NCBI RefSeq assembly: GCF_006345805.1
Contig: NC_043002.1
Location: forward strand, 36,580,001-36,644,000
DNA length: 64,000 bases
Reading direction: 5' to 3'
From: Octopus sinensis
Taxonomy: Eukaryota
The notes under the pieces were generated by a model, which had not been told where the DNA came from, searched no databases, and saw only the letters and a program-made list of their open reading frames with translations. Below, in pieces: positions 41,291 to 55,988 of this stretch. Position 1 is the first letter of the stretch. Each line of letters begins with the position of its first letter. Made by a program: the position numbers and the translations under genes.

Positions 41291-42494
41291 AGAAACTGTT
41301 ATGATTAGATTAGCAGATTAGCAATGAAATGACTTGCTTCTTTTCGTTTGCTCCTGAATTTATGCATTTTTGGCTCAAGTGGATGTGTTGTGTTTTTGTT
41401 TCACTTGTGAACTGTTTTAGGCAGCAGGTTGTGCGTAATTTTTGTCTTTTTCTGCCATCTTCACTTGTTAGAGTGGGGATGGCAGGATGCTTATTCCTCT
41501 TTACTTTCTTGCCATTTGTCCTTTTTCTGTTTTTTGTTCAGAAGATATTTTAAAGATAATTCTTCTTCAGTTGTTGGAGGAGGCTCCCATAATGGTAGAG
41601 GTATACTTTCTTACATGGAAGAAGATAAACGAACTATTCATGAAAGAGAATAAAAAAAGGAGCTGAGCAATGTTGAGAGTCATGTCCCCATGAGTATGAA
41701 CAATAACAAAGGCAACATAGAACAATAATCCTAGTGGTGGTAGCCAAGCTAATGTTAGCAGTAATAACAACAACAGCAACATTGTGGTAGAAAAAGCAAA
41801 ATGCAAAATATCAACATATCTATGCCAGTATTGCTGAAGACTGGGAGGACTTAAACTTATCAAGAATCTGCACCCACAAAAGAAAAGTAAGGATTCACAA
41901 TGGAAGAGGCATATCACGAATGGCCATACCTTTTTATTTGCGGTCTTTGTGGTAAAGAGGCCAAGAGAAAGATACTCATACTATATACATTTGTCCCTAG
42001 TTTGGTGATCTACATATTGAGCAATAAAACATGTGAGTCTATAATCTGGAAGATGGGCAATGATGCTGTTATATGGTTAATCATAACTTTAGAAAAGCAG
42101 AATGAGAACATGGAGTAACATGGAAAAAATATTAGTTGGTGGTGAGAATGATGCCTCAGAACTATAAAGCCATCTGAGTGAGATTCTCTGTCAAGGGATC
42201 AATCTTTAAATTGTTCAGGTTAGTGGTGGTGTAAGGCAGAAAACGCAAGTGTTAAATGTATGGTAGTAACGACCATATTAAGGCTTTCTGCCTCAAGAAA
42301 AAAACCCCCAAAAAACAGAAGTCAAAAGATTTTGAAAGACAGAGTAAGGGTACAACTACAACACCATAAGTCTTCATTGTAGCGGTAGCTGAAGTACATT
42401 ATTAAACAACCCCTTCTTTCTTTTTCCTCATCAGTACCAATGGTCATTTAGGCAAGGCACAAATTTGCAAAATCCTTTCTCTGCAGAAGTCAGA

Positions 42495-42933
42495 AGTCCC
42501 AGGCGATGCTCTCAGCCTTTTGTCTTGAGGCAAGTGAGGATCAGAATCGAAATCGATCAATGGAAATTGCAGATGTGTTACCAGTGCCGGTGGCATGTAA
42601 GAGAACTTTCCGTTTCGCGACCGTTGCCAGCACCGCCCCGTTTCGTGTCCGTTGCCAGCCTCGCCTGGCCCTCATGCCGGTGGCACATAAAAAGCACCAT
42701 CCGTTCGTGGCCGTTTGCCAGCTCTGTCTGGCACCAGTGCGGGTGGCACGTAAAAAGCACCCACTACACTCATGGAGTGGTTGGCGTTAGGAAGGGCATC
42801 CAGCCGTAGAAACACTGCCAGATTTGACTGGGCCTGATGAAGCCTTCTGGCTTCACAGACCCCAGTAGAACCGTCCAACCCATGCTAGCATGGAAAACGG
42901 ACGCTAAACGATGATGATGATGATGATGATGAT
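42495..42933 (+). mobile_element. SINE family B with an RTE-like (GAT)n tail
   Basis: ...gttggcgttaggaagggcatccagccgtagaaac...aacccatgctagcatggaaaacggacgctaaacgatgatgat; internal gccggtggcacgtaaaaagcac repeats. Related decayed copies lie at ~19790, 24575, 27535, 35590, 39140, 43145, 57395 and 61365. Confidence 0.85.
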
Positions 42934-43662
42934 GCGGGATAGCAAAAAGAACTCAAGGAATAAGAGACAATGCAGGAAGAAGAGGAAAAAAGGTATCAAA
43001 AGAGGTTGGCCCAAACTTTAGATTTTGAAGGTCAAAGCCTTACTGTTAATAGTTAATTTATAAAAAGCTTGTAGTAGGAAGGATTTTACAGCCAAATTGG
43101 TAGAGGCAAAAATGGGTCTATCATTTCTTAATGATAGACACAAAGGATGTCAAGTGGTTGGCATTAGGAAACTATCCAGCCATAGAAAGCTGACCAAAGG
43201 AGACAGAAATGTTTGGTACAGTCCTCTAGCTAACCAACTCCTGTCAAACTGTCCAACCATGCTTGCATGGAAAATGGATGATGATGATGATAATGATCCA
43301 CAAATTTGAAACCATCATGAGAACTGTGAGCAAATAATGAAGATTTTATATCAAAAATTCAATACATTCATACAGTTGTCATTTTATATGATGTAAAATG
43401 AGGTTTTTGTTTAGAAATGAATCATCATTATCATCACATCATTGTTGTAACGTTCATTTTTCTGTGTTTGTAAGGGTCAAATGGAATTTTTGGCAGCACA
43501 TTTTCCATGTTCTTCCTGTTACAAACCCTCATCTGTTTCTAAGTGAGTTAATATTTCAAGGTCAGATGTTTCCATGAAAGATTGAAAATATAAAAAAAAA
43601 CAGTGCTTGTATGATAGTGACATTCACTTACAATATTACAGGATGACAAGACAAGGAGACAG

Positions 43663-43703
<41 letters not shown>

Positions 43704-45176
43704 TGTGTGTATGCATGTATTATACATATATGTATACATATATATATCTCTACATATACACACATATATGTAAATGTGTGTGTGAGTGTGATGGCTTCTT
43801 TCAGTTTCCATTTATCAAATTCACTCACAAGGCTTTGGTTGGCCTGGGCTACAGTAAAAGACACTTGGCCAAGGTGCTGTGCACTTAGACTGAACCCAAA
43901 ACCAAACGACTGGGAGGCAAACTTCTTCACTACAAAGCCATACCTGTAACAATTTAATTTACAGCCATCCCTGTAATGATTTAATTTAATATCTAAATGC
44001 ATGTTAAAAAGGAAAAAAAAAGTTAGTTTTGAGAAAATATCTCTTAGAAAGGAATCCATATGATGGTCAAAAATTAATTCTTTAGATATTACTTTCATTA
44101 TTATCAAAAATTGTCAGAAAATGTTTAAAATGTAAGAAGAAATGTTTAAAATTATTAAAAAATGTAAGGCAATTTTAATTAGTCTAAAAGAATCTGTTAA
44201 GTTAAAATTTTATAACAATTGAACATGAAAACATCAAGAAGTTTAGCTGAAAAAGATATCTTGTTGATTTATTTAAGTCTTAATGGGAAAAATGTAATGA
44301 ATATATCATATATGAATGTAATGAATATATGAATTTGACTAAATATTAATCAAATGATTAATTTATATTGATAATATATAATAGCTGAAACAGTAATACA
44401 AAAACAGTAAACTAATGTATATAAAATTTATACAGCACATTATTACTTTTTATATTTAAATGAACAATAGTATATTAATTCATAATTACTTTTAGAAATT
44501 TTTGATAATTAACTTTGACTTAATTATAATTGCACTCTATTCCCATGAACTGAGAACAACTCATAGAATAAGAACATTATGTGGTTGTACTCATGAATCA
44601 GTGAATAACTTAAGTTGTGGGTAACTTAAATAGAATACACAAGTGAACAGTTTATAGCTCTGAAATGTTTTATGATTAATATGAAGATGATTAATTCATT
44701 AATCATTATTAATTAAGTATTAAATTAATCTACAGCTGGTTGAAAATTAGTTTATTATTATTTTTATGAGGAGAAATCAGTCATAGCAAACATATATATT
44801 TTGGAAAACATATCAATGAAGATAATAAAAAAATTAATGTCTGATAAAGAAAATTTAATGAAAATAGAGATGGTTTAAAAAAACAAACAAACAAACAAAT
44901 ATTTGTAAGCAATAATAAGAGAATGGTAATATAATATTACAAATAAAATTATAATTTTTCCAAACAATTAACCTCATCTTCTGAGATGGAAGACTGCTTT
45001 CAATGTTTTCTTTTTTACACCAGCACTATATTTCAGTTGATTTGATCTGCAATAATAATCAGGCGTTTTATTCCTGAGTGTGTACATAAGTACCAAACTG
45101 AATTTCAGTTAGGAACATTAGTTTCTAAATTAAAAGTAATAACTTTTTCATCAACTATACTACTGATGCATGTATA

Positions 45177-45605
45177 CTTTTCTACTCTAGGTACAAGGCC
45201 CAAAATTTTTGAGGAGGGGGCCAGTCGATTAGATCGACCCCAGTACACAACTGATACTCAATTTATTGACCCTGAAAGGATGAAAGGCAAAGTCGACCTT
45301 GGCAGAATTTGAACTCAGAAGATAAAGACATGAAATATCACTAAGCATTTTGCTCCGCGTGCTAATGTTTCTTATTTCTTTATTGCCCACAAGGGGCTAA
45401 ACATAGAGGGGACAAACAAGGACAAATAAAGGGATTAAGTCGATTACATCAACCCCAGTGCATAACTGGTGCTTAATTTATTGACCCCGAAAGGACGAAA
45501 GGCTGAGTCGACCTCAGTAGAATTTAAACTCAGAACGTAACGGCAGACGAAATACTGCTAAGCATTTCACCTGGCGTGCTAACATTTCTGCCAACTCGTC
45601 GCCTT
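45177..45605 (-). mobile_element. Dimeric family-A SINE flanked by a 16-bp TSD
   Basis: tactgatgcatgtata at 45161-45176 and 45606-45621 brackets both monomers. Confidence 0.9.
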
Positions 45606-46269
45606 TACTGATGCATGTATAGGCATATAGTTTTCTAGTTCAAACCCAGCCTAGTACTATAGACACATCTAGGAATAAAACACCTGGCGAAGATCAGAGC
45701 CCAAATTTATTGAAACATAGTATAGATGGAAATATTAAAACAAGTTTCATATCTAAAAATGAGATTAATAGTCTGGAAAATTATAATCTTGTTAGTGACA
45801 ACTCTCTCAGTCAACATTTAAGCATTTAGTTTTATAAACATTTCTTAGTATTGCATTATGAGTGCAAACATAACTGTATGGTTTAGAAATTTGATTTGTG
45901 ACCATATCATGCCATGTTTGAATCCCACCATGCAGACATCATGAGCTAGCGCCTACAAGCACTGTCTTACATTGGCCATCATCATTGTTCAATGTCTACT
46001 GTTCCATGCTTTCATGGATCAGACAGGATTCATCAAGGCAGATGCCCTTCCTTTCACCAGCCCTCATCTATTTTCAAGTAAGGTAATATTTTCTCCATGA
46101 TCAAACATGTCTTGGAAGACTGGGAATGAAGGTCACCACTTGTATGACAGTGACACTCATTTATGATTATCATGTGATATCAAGGGAAGGGACAGTAACA
46201 CACACACACACACACAAACATGCACATATATGCATACACACACTCGCATACACACATATATACATATGT

Positions 46270-46493
46270 CAAGGCGGCGAGCTGGCAGAAATGTTAGCAC
46301 GCCGGGTGAAATGCTTAGCTGTATTTCGTCTGTCGTTACGTTCTGAGTTCAAATTCCGCCGAGGTCGACTTTGCCTTTCATCCTTTCGGGGTCGCTAAAT
46401 TAAGTACCAGTTACGCACTGGGGTCGATGTAATCGACTTAATCCGTTTGTCTGTCCTCTCTGTGTTTAGCCCCTTGTGGGTAGTAAAGAAATA
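46270..46493 (+). mobile_element. Young family-A SINE
   Basis: aaggcggcgagctggcagaaatgttagcacgccggg...gggtagtaaagaaata, CpG-rich. Confidence 0.95.
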
Positions 46494-46832
46494 TATATAC
46501 ATATATTCATATGCATGTATATATATCTCCTCATCCTTTAGCATCTGTCTTTCATGACAGCCTGGGTTGAACTATATATATGACAGGCTTTTTTTCAGTT
46601 TCTGTCTTCCAAATCAACTTAGAATTCATCGAGGCAGATGCCCTTCCTATCACCAACCCTCACTTGTTTTCAAGTAGGGTAATATTTTGCCTATAGCCAG
46701 ACATGTCTTGGAAGACTGGAAACAAAGGATACCACATGTATGACAGTAGCACTCATGATTATCATGTGATGTCAAGGGAAGGTGACATACACACACATGC
46801 ATGTGCACATATACACATATATACACTGACAT

Positions 46833-46907
<75 letters not shown>

Positions 46908-47489
46908 TATATATATATATCCCCTCATCATTTAATGTCTGTTTTCCATGCTGGCATTGGTTGAGCTATACATGTTCCAGGCTTCTTTCAGTTTCTGCCT
47001 ACCAAATCCACTCAGAAGATTTTGGTCCACCAAATCCTACCAAATCCACTCAGAAGATGCTGCATAGTAGAAGATACTTGTCCAAGGTAACATACAATGG
47101 GACTGAATCCAAAACCATGTGGTTGGGAAGTAAACTTCTCATCAAAGAGTCACACCTGCACCAATGTCTTGTAAATGAAATTTGTTTGGTAGAAACTTTG
47201 CAGCGGCCCAATAGAGGGGATGTCTTGTACTATCTGATCTGACTCTTTGTGTTCTGATAGTAATGTTTTGTAATGAAACTGGTGACAAGTTGTATGTTAC
47301 TTTGGCTTTCCCTTCAGTGACATCAGTGGCATGGAAATGAGAGACTTATATGCACAGGTAACAAATAGTCTTCCACAAAATGAACTTTACCCACGTCTGC
47401 ATATATAGGTGCAGGTGCTTGGCCAGCCTTGACTGATTAAGGCCTTACATATCTGTCTGACTGTCTTTCTGTATGAATGTACGTCATTA

Positions 47490-48320
47490 TTCAGTTTATT
47501 TCAAAATTTCTTGTCAATAGAGAAAGAACTGGTTTTTAACCTAGATCCATGGTTCCTTCATTGGAATTTCAACATCAACAACAGGGTATTTTTGTTTGTA
47601 TGTATGTGCAGATTTGTATGTTTTATGTATGTATTCTCATGCATATAGTTACATATCTAGACGTGCTCATATATATTTAAATGATAAACTTCTGGAAAGT
47701 TTTACGGAAATTTACAATTCCAGTGATGGAGTGGATCTATAGTTTTCGAATTAGCTTTCTCCTTTCTGGTTTTGAGAAGCCAAATTTCTCAAGATTGGTA
47801 TTTAGGCAGTGTGTTACATATCCCAGTGCCCCAATAATTACAGGTATAAACCTGAACTTGTAATCTGGATAGAGTAACTGCAGATTTCTCAGTAGTTTAG
47901 CATAGGTATTCACTTTTTCACTGATCTTCAGCTTTATAACATCTGCTGGGCAGCTGATTTCCACCTGTACTCAGTTTCACTTCTCTATTCCAAATCATTA
48001 TATCAGATCTATTGTGTTTACATTTTATTGAGCTTTTCACTGGGACATTCCCCCAGTACCTTGTTTTATAATGAGTGACTATGGCTTCCACTATGCTGTG
48101 GGTTTTTATTTCTTTGTTCTTGGGGTTATCCTTTCAATGGATCTCATTATAGAATGTCCTAGTCACAACATCATATCTCATCGGTAGATAATACTGTGCT
48201 GACATTTTTGGAAACTGCTTATGATGTGGGTGATATCTTAAGTGTGAACTCCACAAAGTCTGCACTGGTTATCACATTTTACTGTTTTTCCTACATTTCT
48301 GTCCCTTTGTGCATCAGGTC
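47490..48320 (-). mobile_element. 3' fragment of an R4/Dong-type (RLE) non-LTR retrotransposon
   Basis: Decayed CCHC (CRLCGVHT*DITHIISSF), HNRSDIMIW...VEISCPAD restriction-like endonuclease motif, FRFIPVIIGALG; stop near 47680 followed by a 3' UTR. Confidence 0.9.
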
Positions 48321-48568
48321 ATCATCATCATCATCATCCGCTTTCCATGCTAGCATGGGTTGGACGGTTCAACTGGGGTCTGTGAAGCCAGGAGGCTGCA
48401 TCAGGCCCAGTCTGATCTGGCAGTGTTTCTACGGCTGGATGCCCTTCCTAACGCCAACCACTTCATGAGTGTAGTGGGTGCTTTTTACGTGCCACCGGCA
48501 CAGGTGCCAGACGGAGCTGGCAAATGGCCATGAATGAATGGTGCTTTTACGTGCCACCGGCACGGGGG
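48318..48568 (-). mobile_element. SINE family B copy
   Basis: Reverse complement of 42680-42933; sits at the 5'-truncation point of the R4/Dong fragment. Confidence 0.85.
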
Positions 48569-48732
48569 CGTATGTATGTATGTATGTATGTATGTATGTA
48601 TGTATGTATGTATGTATGTAGTATGTATGTATGTATGTATATGTGTATGTATGTATGTATGTATATATGCATGTATGTATGCATGTATGTATGTATGCAT
48701 GCAAGTTTGTATGTATATATGTTACCATTTGC

Positions 48733-49065
48733 TTTTATTTCTAGATTTTCTTGCCAATGGACAAAGAGCTGATTTCTTAACTAGATCTAAGGACCTTTCA
48801 TTGGTATGTATATATGTACATGTGCAATGTTCCAAATAATTGCACATGTACATATATACATACCTGTATGTTTTGCTTTAGACATGTATACTCATACATA
48901 TTATATATCTGTATATATGTATATGAATCCATATGCTAAACATTTGGAAAGTTTATGTATGCTAAATTTTTGGAAAGTTCTATATATTTTGACAATTCCA
49001 TTGATGGTTTGTATCTTTAAATTCTAATTAACTTTCTCCTACTTGGTTTTGAAAACCCAAATATG
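48733..49065 (-). mobile_element. Second, more decayed copy of the same R4/Dong 3' end
   Basis: 48950-49062 aligns by eye to 47680-47790, and 48733-48803 to 47497-47566. Confidence 0.7.
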
Positions 49066-50242
49066 TATTTATGTATGTATGTATGTAAGTATTATGTCAA
49101 TATTTATGCTTGTATGCATTTATATACATATGCATATATGTATTTAAGTATGTCTCTTTGTATGCGTTTATGTTTGTAAGTATTGTGAATATATTTATAT
49201 GTATGTATGTATTTTTGTATATATGTATTTATTATTTAAGTATGTATGTATTGTGTATGTATTTATGTATGTCTTTATGCATGTATGAATGTATTTTTGT
49301 ATGTATGTATGTATATTTGTATTGTGTATATATTTATGTATATCTTTATGCATGAATATATTTTTGTATGTGTGTATGTATGTATATAATATGCATGTAT
49401 CTATGCATGTATTTATGTATGCATGTATGTGTGCATCTACTTATGTATATATGTATATCTTTTACTGATATACGTTGATGAAAAATTTAAACATTAGTAA
49501 GAAAACCAAAAGACCAGCAACTTCAAATAACAATACTCTGTGGGGGTATTTGTTTTGTCCAAGTTGCACAGGCAATTCCCTGCTTACTCTTACTTTCAGA
49601 AATGTAGTGAATGAGTAATTGGATGCTTGAAAACCCTGTTAGCAATGTTGCTATTGTTCATAAGATGTCTTATAAAATAATAAAATGTTAGACACGGCCA
49701 AATCTACTGCTGTCAGCTGAAACGTATTTGTATTTTAAGAGAGAAAGAGGTTTTTTTACTCCTTTTTTCAACCAAAAAGCATTATTTATTTCCATTTGAT
49801 TATAAATACACATATTGTTTGTATGTTTGTTTATTGTAATATATTTGAACAAATACATTTGTTGTAGAAGTGTGTTTTAAATTTCTTATGTGCATGTACA
49901 TAAAATTTTAAGCTCATACCTTAGGTTTCATATAAGATATTCACCATCTGTGGTTATTGCAGTCTTTAGTAGGTTCATCTAACTGAAGATTACAATCACC
50001 TCCAAATGAGCTTATCTGTATGAAACTATAAGGTATGTCTGAAATTCTAGTTATCACACACCCAGCCACAATCACATGATATTTTCCTATTAAATTCGTA
50101 AATCTAACCAATATATTATGCTTTAAGGAAAGCATATAAGTATGTGTAAACACCCACAAAAAAAAAAAATGATTGAAAGCTATACACAAATTGTGTGTGC
50201 GTGTGCATATTGTGTGTGTATATATTATGTATATATATATGT

Positions 50243-50281
<39 letters not shown>

Positions 50282-50316
50282 TATATATATATAATAATAT
50301 AAATATATATATATAA

Positions 50317-50375
<59 letters not shown>

Positions 50376-50551
50376 CATAAATATAATATGTATATATATA
50401 TATATTACATATATACATATGAACTGAAACTGAGAGTTTGTCTTGTGATTCAAGATTCAGTTTCAATAAAAATCCAAATCCTATACAACATGTATTGAGC
50501 ACTCTTCTCTCATTTGTTTGACGTAAATCAATGTACACAGACACAGACACA

Positions 50552-50583
<32 letters not shown>

Positions 50584-50631
50584 ACACACACACTCACACA
50601 CACACACACCTGCACAAACACATACACATAC

Positions 50632-50684
<53 letters not shown>

Positions 50685-50711
50685 ATATATATATGCATGT
50701 ATGTATTATAA

Positions 50712-52164
50712 GTATGTCTCAGAAAATTAGAATAGTTGCTAAAGTTGTTTTTCAACACAAATAGATGTGATAGTAGTGTTTCATTTCAGTCTGTGAATAA
50801 TCTAACTAATTCCTAGAATGATTACTGTTGGCAAACAAGTGTAAGAGTGCTGCAAAGAATACGAAGATTCTGCTTATCTCAAAATATTACAATAATACTG
50901 TCTGAATACATTTGAGTAATGCTTCTTTAGCTAATGCTTTTATTATGTGTGTGAGTATATATAAATATATATATATTTGTAGAAAATGCTAGTGTTGCAA
51001 TCATGAAGAAAACCTCTTATGTAATAGTTGTTAAAAAGACCGTCATTGACATACAGCACATAAAAAAAGCTGGTTGTTCTTAGAGTTCTGTGTCAAAGCG
51101 TCTATGTGGAACCTCTAGATGAGAAAGGTGTGATAGAAAGTGGTGCAATTGCAGCAGCCTGAAGAGAACCATGGAAAAAACCAATTTGACTATGTGAGAC
51201 AATCTGTAAAAAAGAGGGAGATACAGAAGTTAGTGTACTAAGAGCCTCTGTACTCAGATTGCTTCAAAGTATTAGGTACAACAGTAAAGTACACAGCATC
51301 AATTCTTTTCTGAACAACAGACAGTATCATGAATGTTCTACTTGGGTCAAAAAGAAACTAAAGTGAACTATTTAGTAGAGGGCAAAAGTGTTGTTTTCTC
51401 ACGAGGGCAAATTTTCTATTTCACTCGGAAACCAAAATTGCAGAATTTTGGTGTAGGGCCAGAGAAAAATGGAATCCTAGCTGGTTAATAACCAACATAA
51501 AGTTCTCCCAGTTAGTAAAATATCATGTTTTATGCAAGGGTTGGGCAATTCTGTCTTCTCAGGTTTTCAGCCAATGTAGTGATCCATAAGATGTCTTGGA
51601 GTACTACAAGCTTCTGTCAGAAAACAGTTATATGATGATACATAGTTTGTGTACCAGAAACCATTTCTTGGTTTACTGAAAATAACATCAGCATTCTTCT
51701 TTGACTAAATAACTCATCTACCCTGAATGCTGTAAAGAATTTATGAGGTATAGTTAAAAAGATGGTCTACTTGCATTTCAGCACTTGGTTTGGGCCATAA
51801 GATTGCTATTGACATCACCTGGGTTTCTGTCATACCTGAGGTGGTTATGGACTGATTTTCTTTATGCTGTGATGTATTCAGGAAGACATTGAAAGTAAAC
51901 TACTAACTAACATTCCATAATCACCTTTCAAATTATTCTATTGTAATGATATAGTTTGGATGTTCAGACATATTCCAATATTTTAAGATACTGAATTTTT
52001 CATAATCTCTGCATGGAAACAATAAATGTTAGCATGTGTTAGCAAAACATTGAGAAGAGATCAGATTAGATTTAGAGAGCCGATTGTAATTTTGATGTTC
52101 CAACATAAATAACTAACAATTTCTCATTATACAATATTTTGCATATTCTAATTCTATGACATAC
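50712..52164 (+). mobile_element. Near full-length but dead Tc1-family transposon
   Basis: Terminal match gtatgtctcagaaaattagaata vs tattctaattctatgacatac, with an inner repeat near 51968-51997. Transposase remnants: RLLQSIRYNS, STWVKKK, VVFS.EGKFSISLGNQ, GVGQFC, DVLEYYKL, WFTENNI, TLNAVKNL*GIVKK. Confidence 0.8.
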
Positions 52165-52204
52165 GTGTATGTGTGGGTATATGTGTACATGTGTGTGTGG
52201 TTGA

Positions 52205-52338
<134 letters not shown>

Positions 52339-52420
52339 GCATATATATATATATATGTATGTATATGTGTGTGTGTATACACATATATATATATATATAT
52401 ATATAATACACATTACAATA

Positions 52421-53337
52421 TGAATCAGGAAAACTGAAATAAATTTAAATATCACAAAGTTTCTCTGTTGGTGAAATAATAATGTAAATACATTCCTTCT
52501 ATGTAATTGTGCAGAAAAAAAGAGTGGGGAAGTCACCCGATGAACCCTTTTATGGTTTGTTGACTGCCCCTCAGAGAAGACATACAAAATTTCCTTCCCC
52601 CAATCAAAAACATTGAGTAATCAGTTGCAATATAAAGCAATCATAATTTAGGCTAAATCATACTAGATTGCCTAATTTGCATATTTGTACATTTGACAGT
52701 TTGTTGTCAATCAAAAAATATCTATTTTATGAAAAACATAGTGTGAATCAGAAGAACTGAAATTTAAATATTATAAAGCCTTTCTGTGGGGGAAATAAAA
52801 TGTAAAAACATTCCTTTTATGCTTTTGGTAAGCAGAAAAGAAAGGAGAGAGGGAGTCTCCTGATGGACTGTTTCATGGTGTATTGACTGTTCCTCAGAGA
52901 TACACCTGGCTCCTTTTTCCCAATCAATAGGAGAGAATATGAAGCTACAATATAAAGTAGTCATAGACTAAGCTAACAGCATAATGGATAGTCTAATTTG
53001 CATATTTGTGCTTTTCACAGCTCCTCATTAATTGAACAATGTCTATCTTATGCAAAACATAATGAAGAACTGAAATAAATATTAAAAAATATTATAAAGC
53101 CCGAATATCACTTACAAGCTGTCAGAAGCTCAAATATGCAAATTAGGCTATCCAGTATGAGGTTAGCCTAATTTATGAATGCTTATTTGGCAACTGAATT
53201 TTAATTGCTGTTAACAAATGTTGAAATGGTCCACTCTTTTTTTTTCTGCATATCAGAAGCACAGAAAGAATACATTTACATTAATATTTCACTCACATAA
53301 AGGGTTTGTATTATTTAAATATATTTCAGTTTTCATA
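52421..53337. repeat. Two and a bit diverged ~320-bp tandem units followed by an inverted copy
   Basis: Unit starts tgaatcag.a.aactgaaat at 52421 and 52744, partial at ~53064; each full unit has ctaatttgcatatttgt; reverse copy at ~53118-53337. Confidence 0.8.
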
Positions 53338-53346
53338 TATACATAG

Positions 53347-53391
<45 letters not shown>

Positions 53392-53511
53392 GGAAAAATG
53401 TCAAGGTAGAAAATGCTAAAATAATTTTATAAAAAACATTTCAGTACCGGTTTCAGTCATTGAGAATTTTTCAACTTTTTCAACAATGTCTTTTATAAAA
53501 TTATTGACTTT

Positions 53512-53547
<36 letters not shown>

Positions 53548-53744
53548 ACAGTATATAATATTATATATATATATATATATATGGTAATATGGTATATATA
53601 TGTATATATATGTATATTATGTATATATATATATATATATAATATATATATATATAGATAATATATATATATATATAATATATATTATATATGTATATAT
53701 ATATATTATGTATATATATATATATATATATAATATATATATTA

Positions 53745-53832
<88 letters not shown>

Positions 53833-54586
53833 ATATATTATATATATAGATACACACACACAAATTAGGTGAGAAGATGCTAGTATAAGTATACACAGAT
53901 GAGCATCAGATTACTGCTGGGACAACTCCAAATTCTTAAAAATCCAGTGGCCATATCATGTTAAAAATAATTCTGCAGACCAAGAGCAGGCTGTAATAAA
54001 TGTATAGCTTGAGCTGGTAATAAAAAGAGGAAGTATGGCCAAGCACTTATGGCATATATCATTTATAAAAGAAAATACATCAATATAAACGCATTTGACA
54101 ATGAAAAAAAATAACTAGTTTTTATTTGCCAAATACATTTATGTTTAAGTATGAGCTTTTATAAATGATATAATGCCATATTTAAGTGCTGGTCTATCAT
54201 TGTATGTATGTATGTATACATGTATGTATGTATGTATGTATGTGTATGTTTTGTTTGTCTTTTATCTTTTACTGGTTTCAGCCAGAACCTGAGGCTATGC
54301 TGGAGCACTGCCTTTCAGAGTGATTGGGTTTCTTTTCTGTACTCTTTCTGAAGTAGTGAGTTTTTGGGCAGAGTTACTCCTCTTTATGCCCCTGCTGCAA
54401 TGTGGGTTCATCTGATATCTCAGATAAAAATTTGTCCGGATGCTCTTTGAAGACCTCCACATCTTCACCTTGCAAATCCCAGGTTGTTTGGTAGAATGTT
54501 GAAAAGTTGTGTGTATGTGTGGTATAAGTATATATGTACATATATATATGTATATATATAAATATAATTATATATATATATATATA

Positions 54587-54624
<38 letters not shown>

Positions 54625-54884
54625 TATATATATATATATGGATAATATATTATATATGGATATATATGTATGTGTGCAATTGTGCGTATATATATGTGTG
54701 TGTGTGCGCGTGTATCATATATGTATGTATACACACACATATATATGCATATATACATATATATGGATTTTACATTTATACGAAATACCATTAGAAAGTG
54801 AAAAGAAAATATCAAAGTTTAAATGTCAAGTTAGACATATATAATATGTATAAATTTATATATACATACATATATGTATGCATG

Positions 54885-54944
<60 letters not shown>

Positions 54945-55043
54945 TTGATAAATAGATAAATATAGATATATGTATACATATACATGTATACATATGAGTG
55001 CATATACATTCATAAGTATCTTTGTGTATATACATGTGTATAT

Positions 55044-55088
<45 letters not shown>

Positions 55089-55496
55089 GATATTTTAGTC
55101 AGTGCTGCCCAATTTTTCTCAGTTAGTGTATATATATCTGCATGTGATCATGTGATTGAGACAATATTAAGACATTTGAAGATGTGTACTATTTTCAGTT
55201 TGTATCATTTGCATGAAAGGTGGACAAACAAACAGGCAAGGTACAGAGAGTGCTGACAACAACTTGTGGCATGACTGAACGTAGAATTTTCTCACACCTA
55301 GACAGTGCCTTTGAGCCAGAAAGTGTTTTGAGCTGTCCTGGTTTGAGGCAATGACAAAATCTTTGTTGTGTATCTGGGGAACAACCAGAGGAACCAATTT
55401 ATTTCAACAGAACAGCTGCTTAGATGTGAACAAAGTATAACTAGTCAGAAGTAGAACCTCATTTACTATACACTTTCTCCCATGATGAGTTGAACT

Positions 55497-55988
<492 letters not shown>

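Noticed and set aside
41560-42200. Moderately complex segment that might be a LINE remnant or exon
   Set aside because: No continuous frame or recognisable motif on either strand.
42465-42878. Overlapping 60-114 aa ORFs in GC-rich sequence
   Set aside because: They lie inside a family-B SINE, with a second copy at 48318-48568.
49941-50040. Possible minus-strand exon DIPYSFIQISSFGGDCNLQLDEPTKDCNNHRW
   Set aside because: Phase 1-2 does not fit between the phase-0 exons A and B, and there is no other support.
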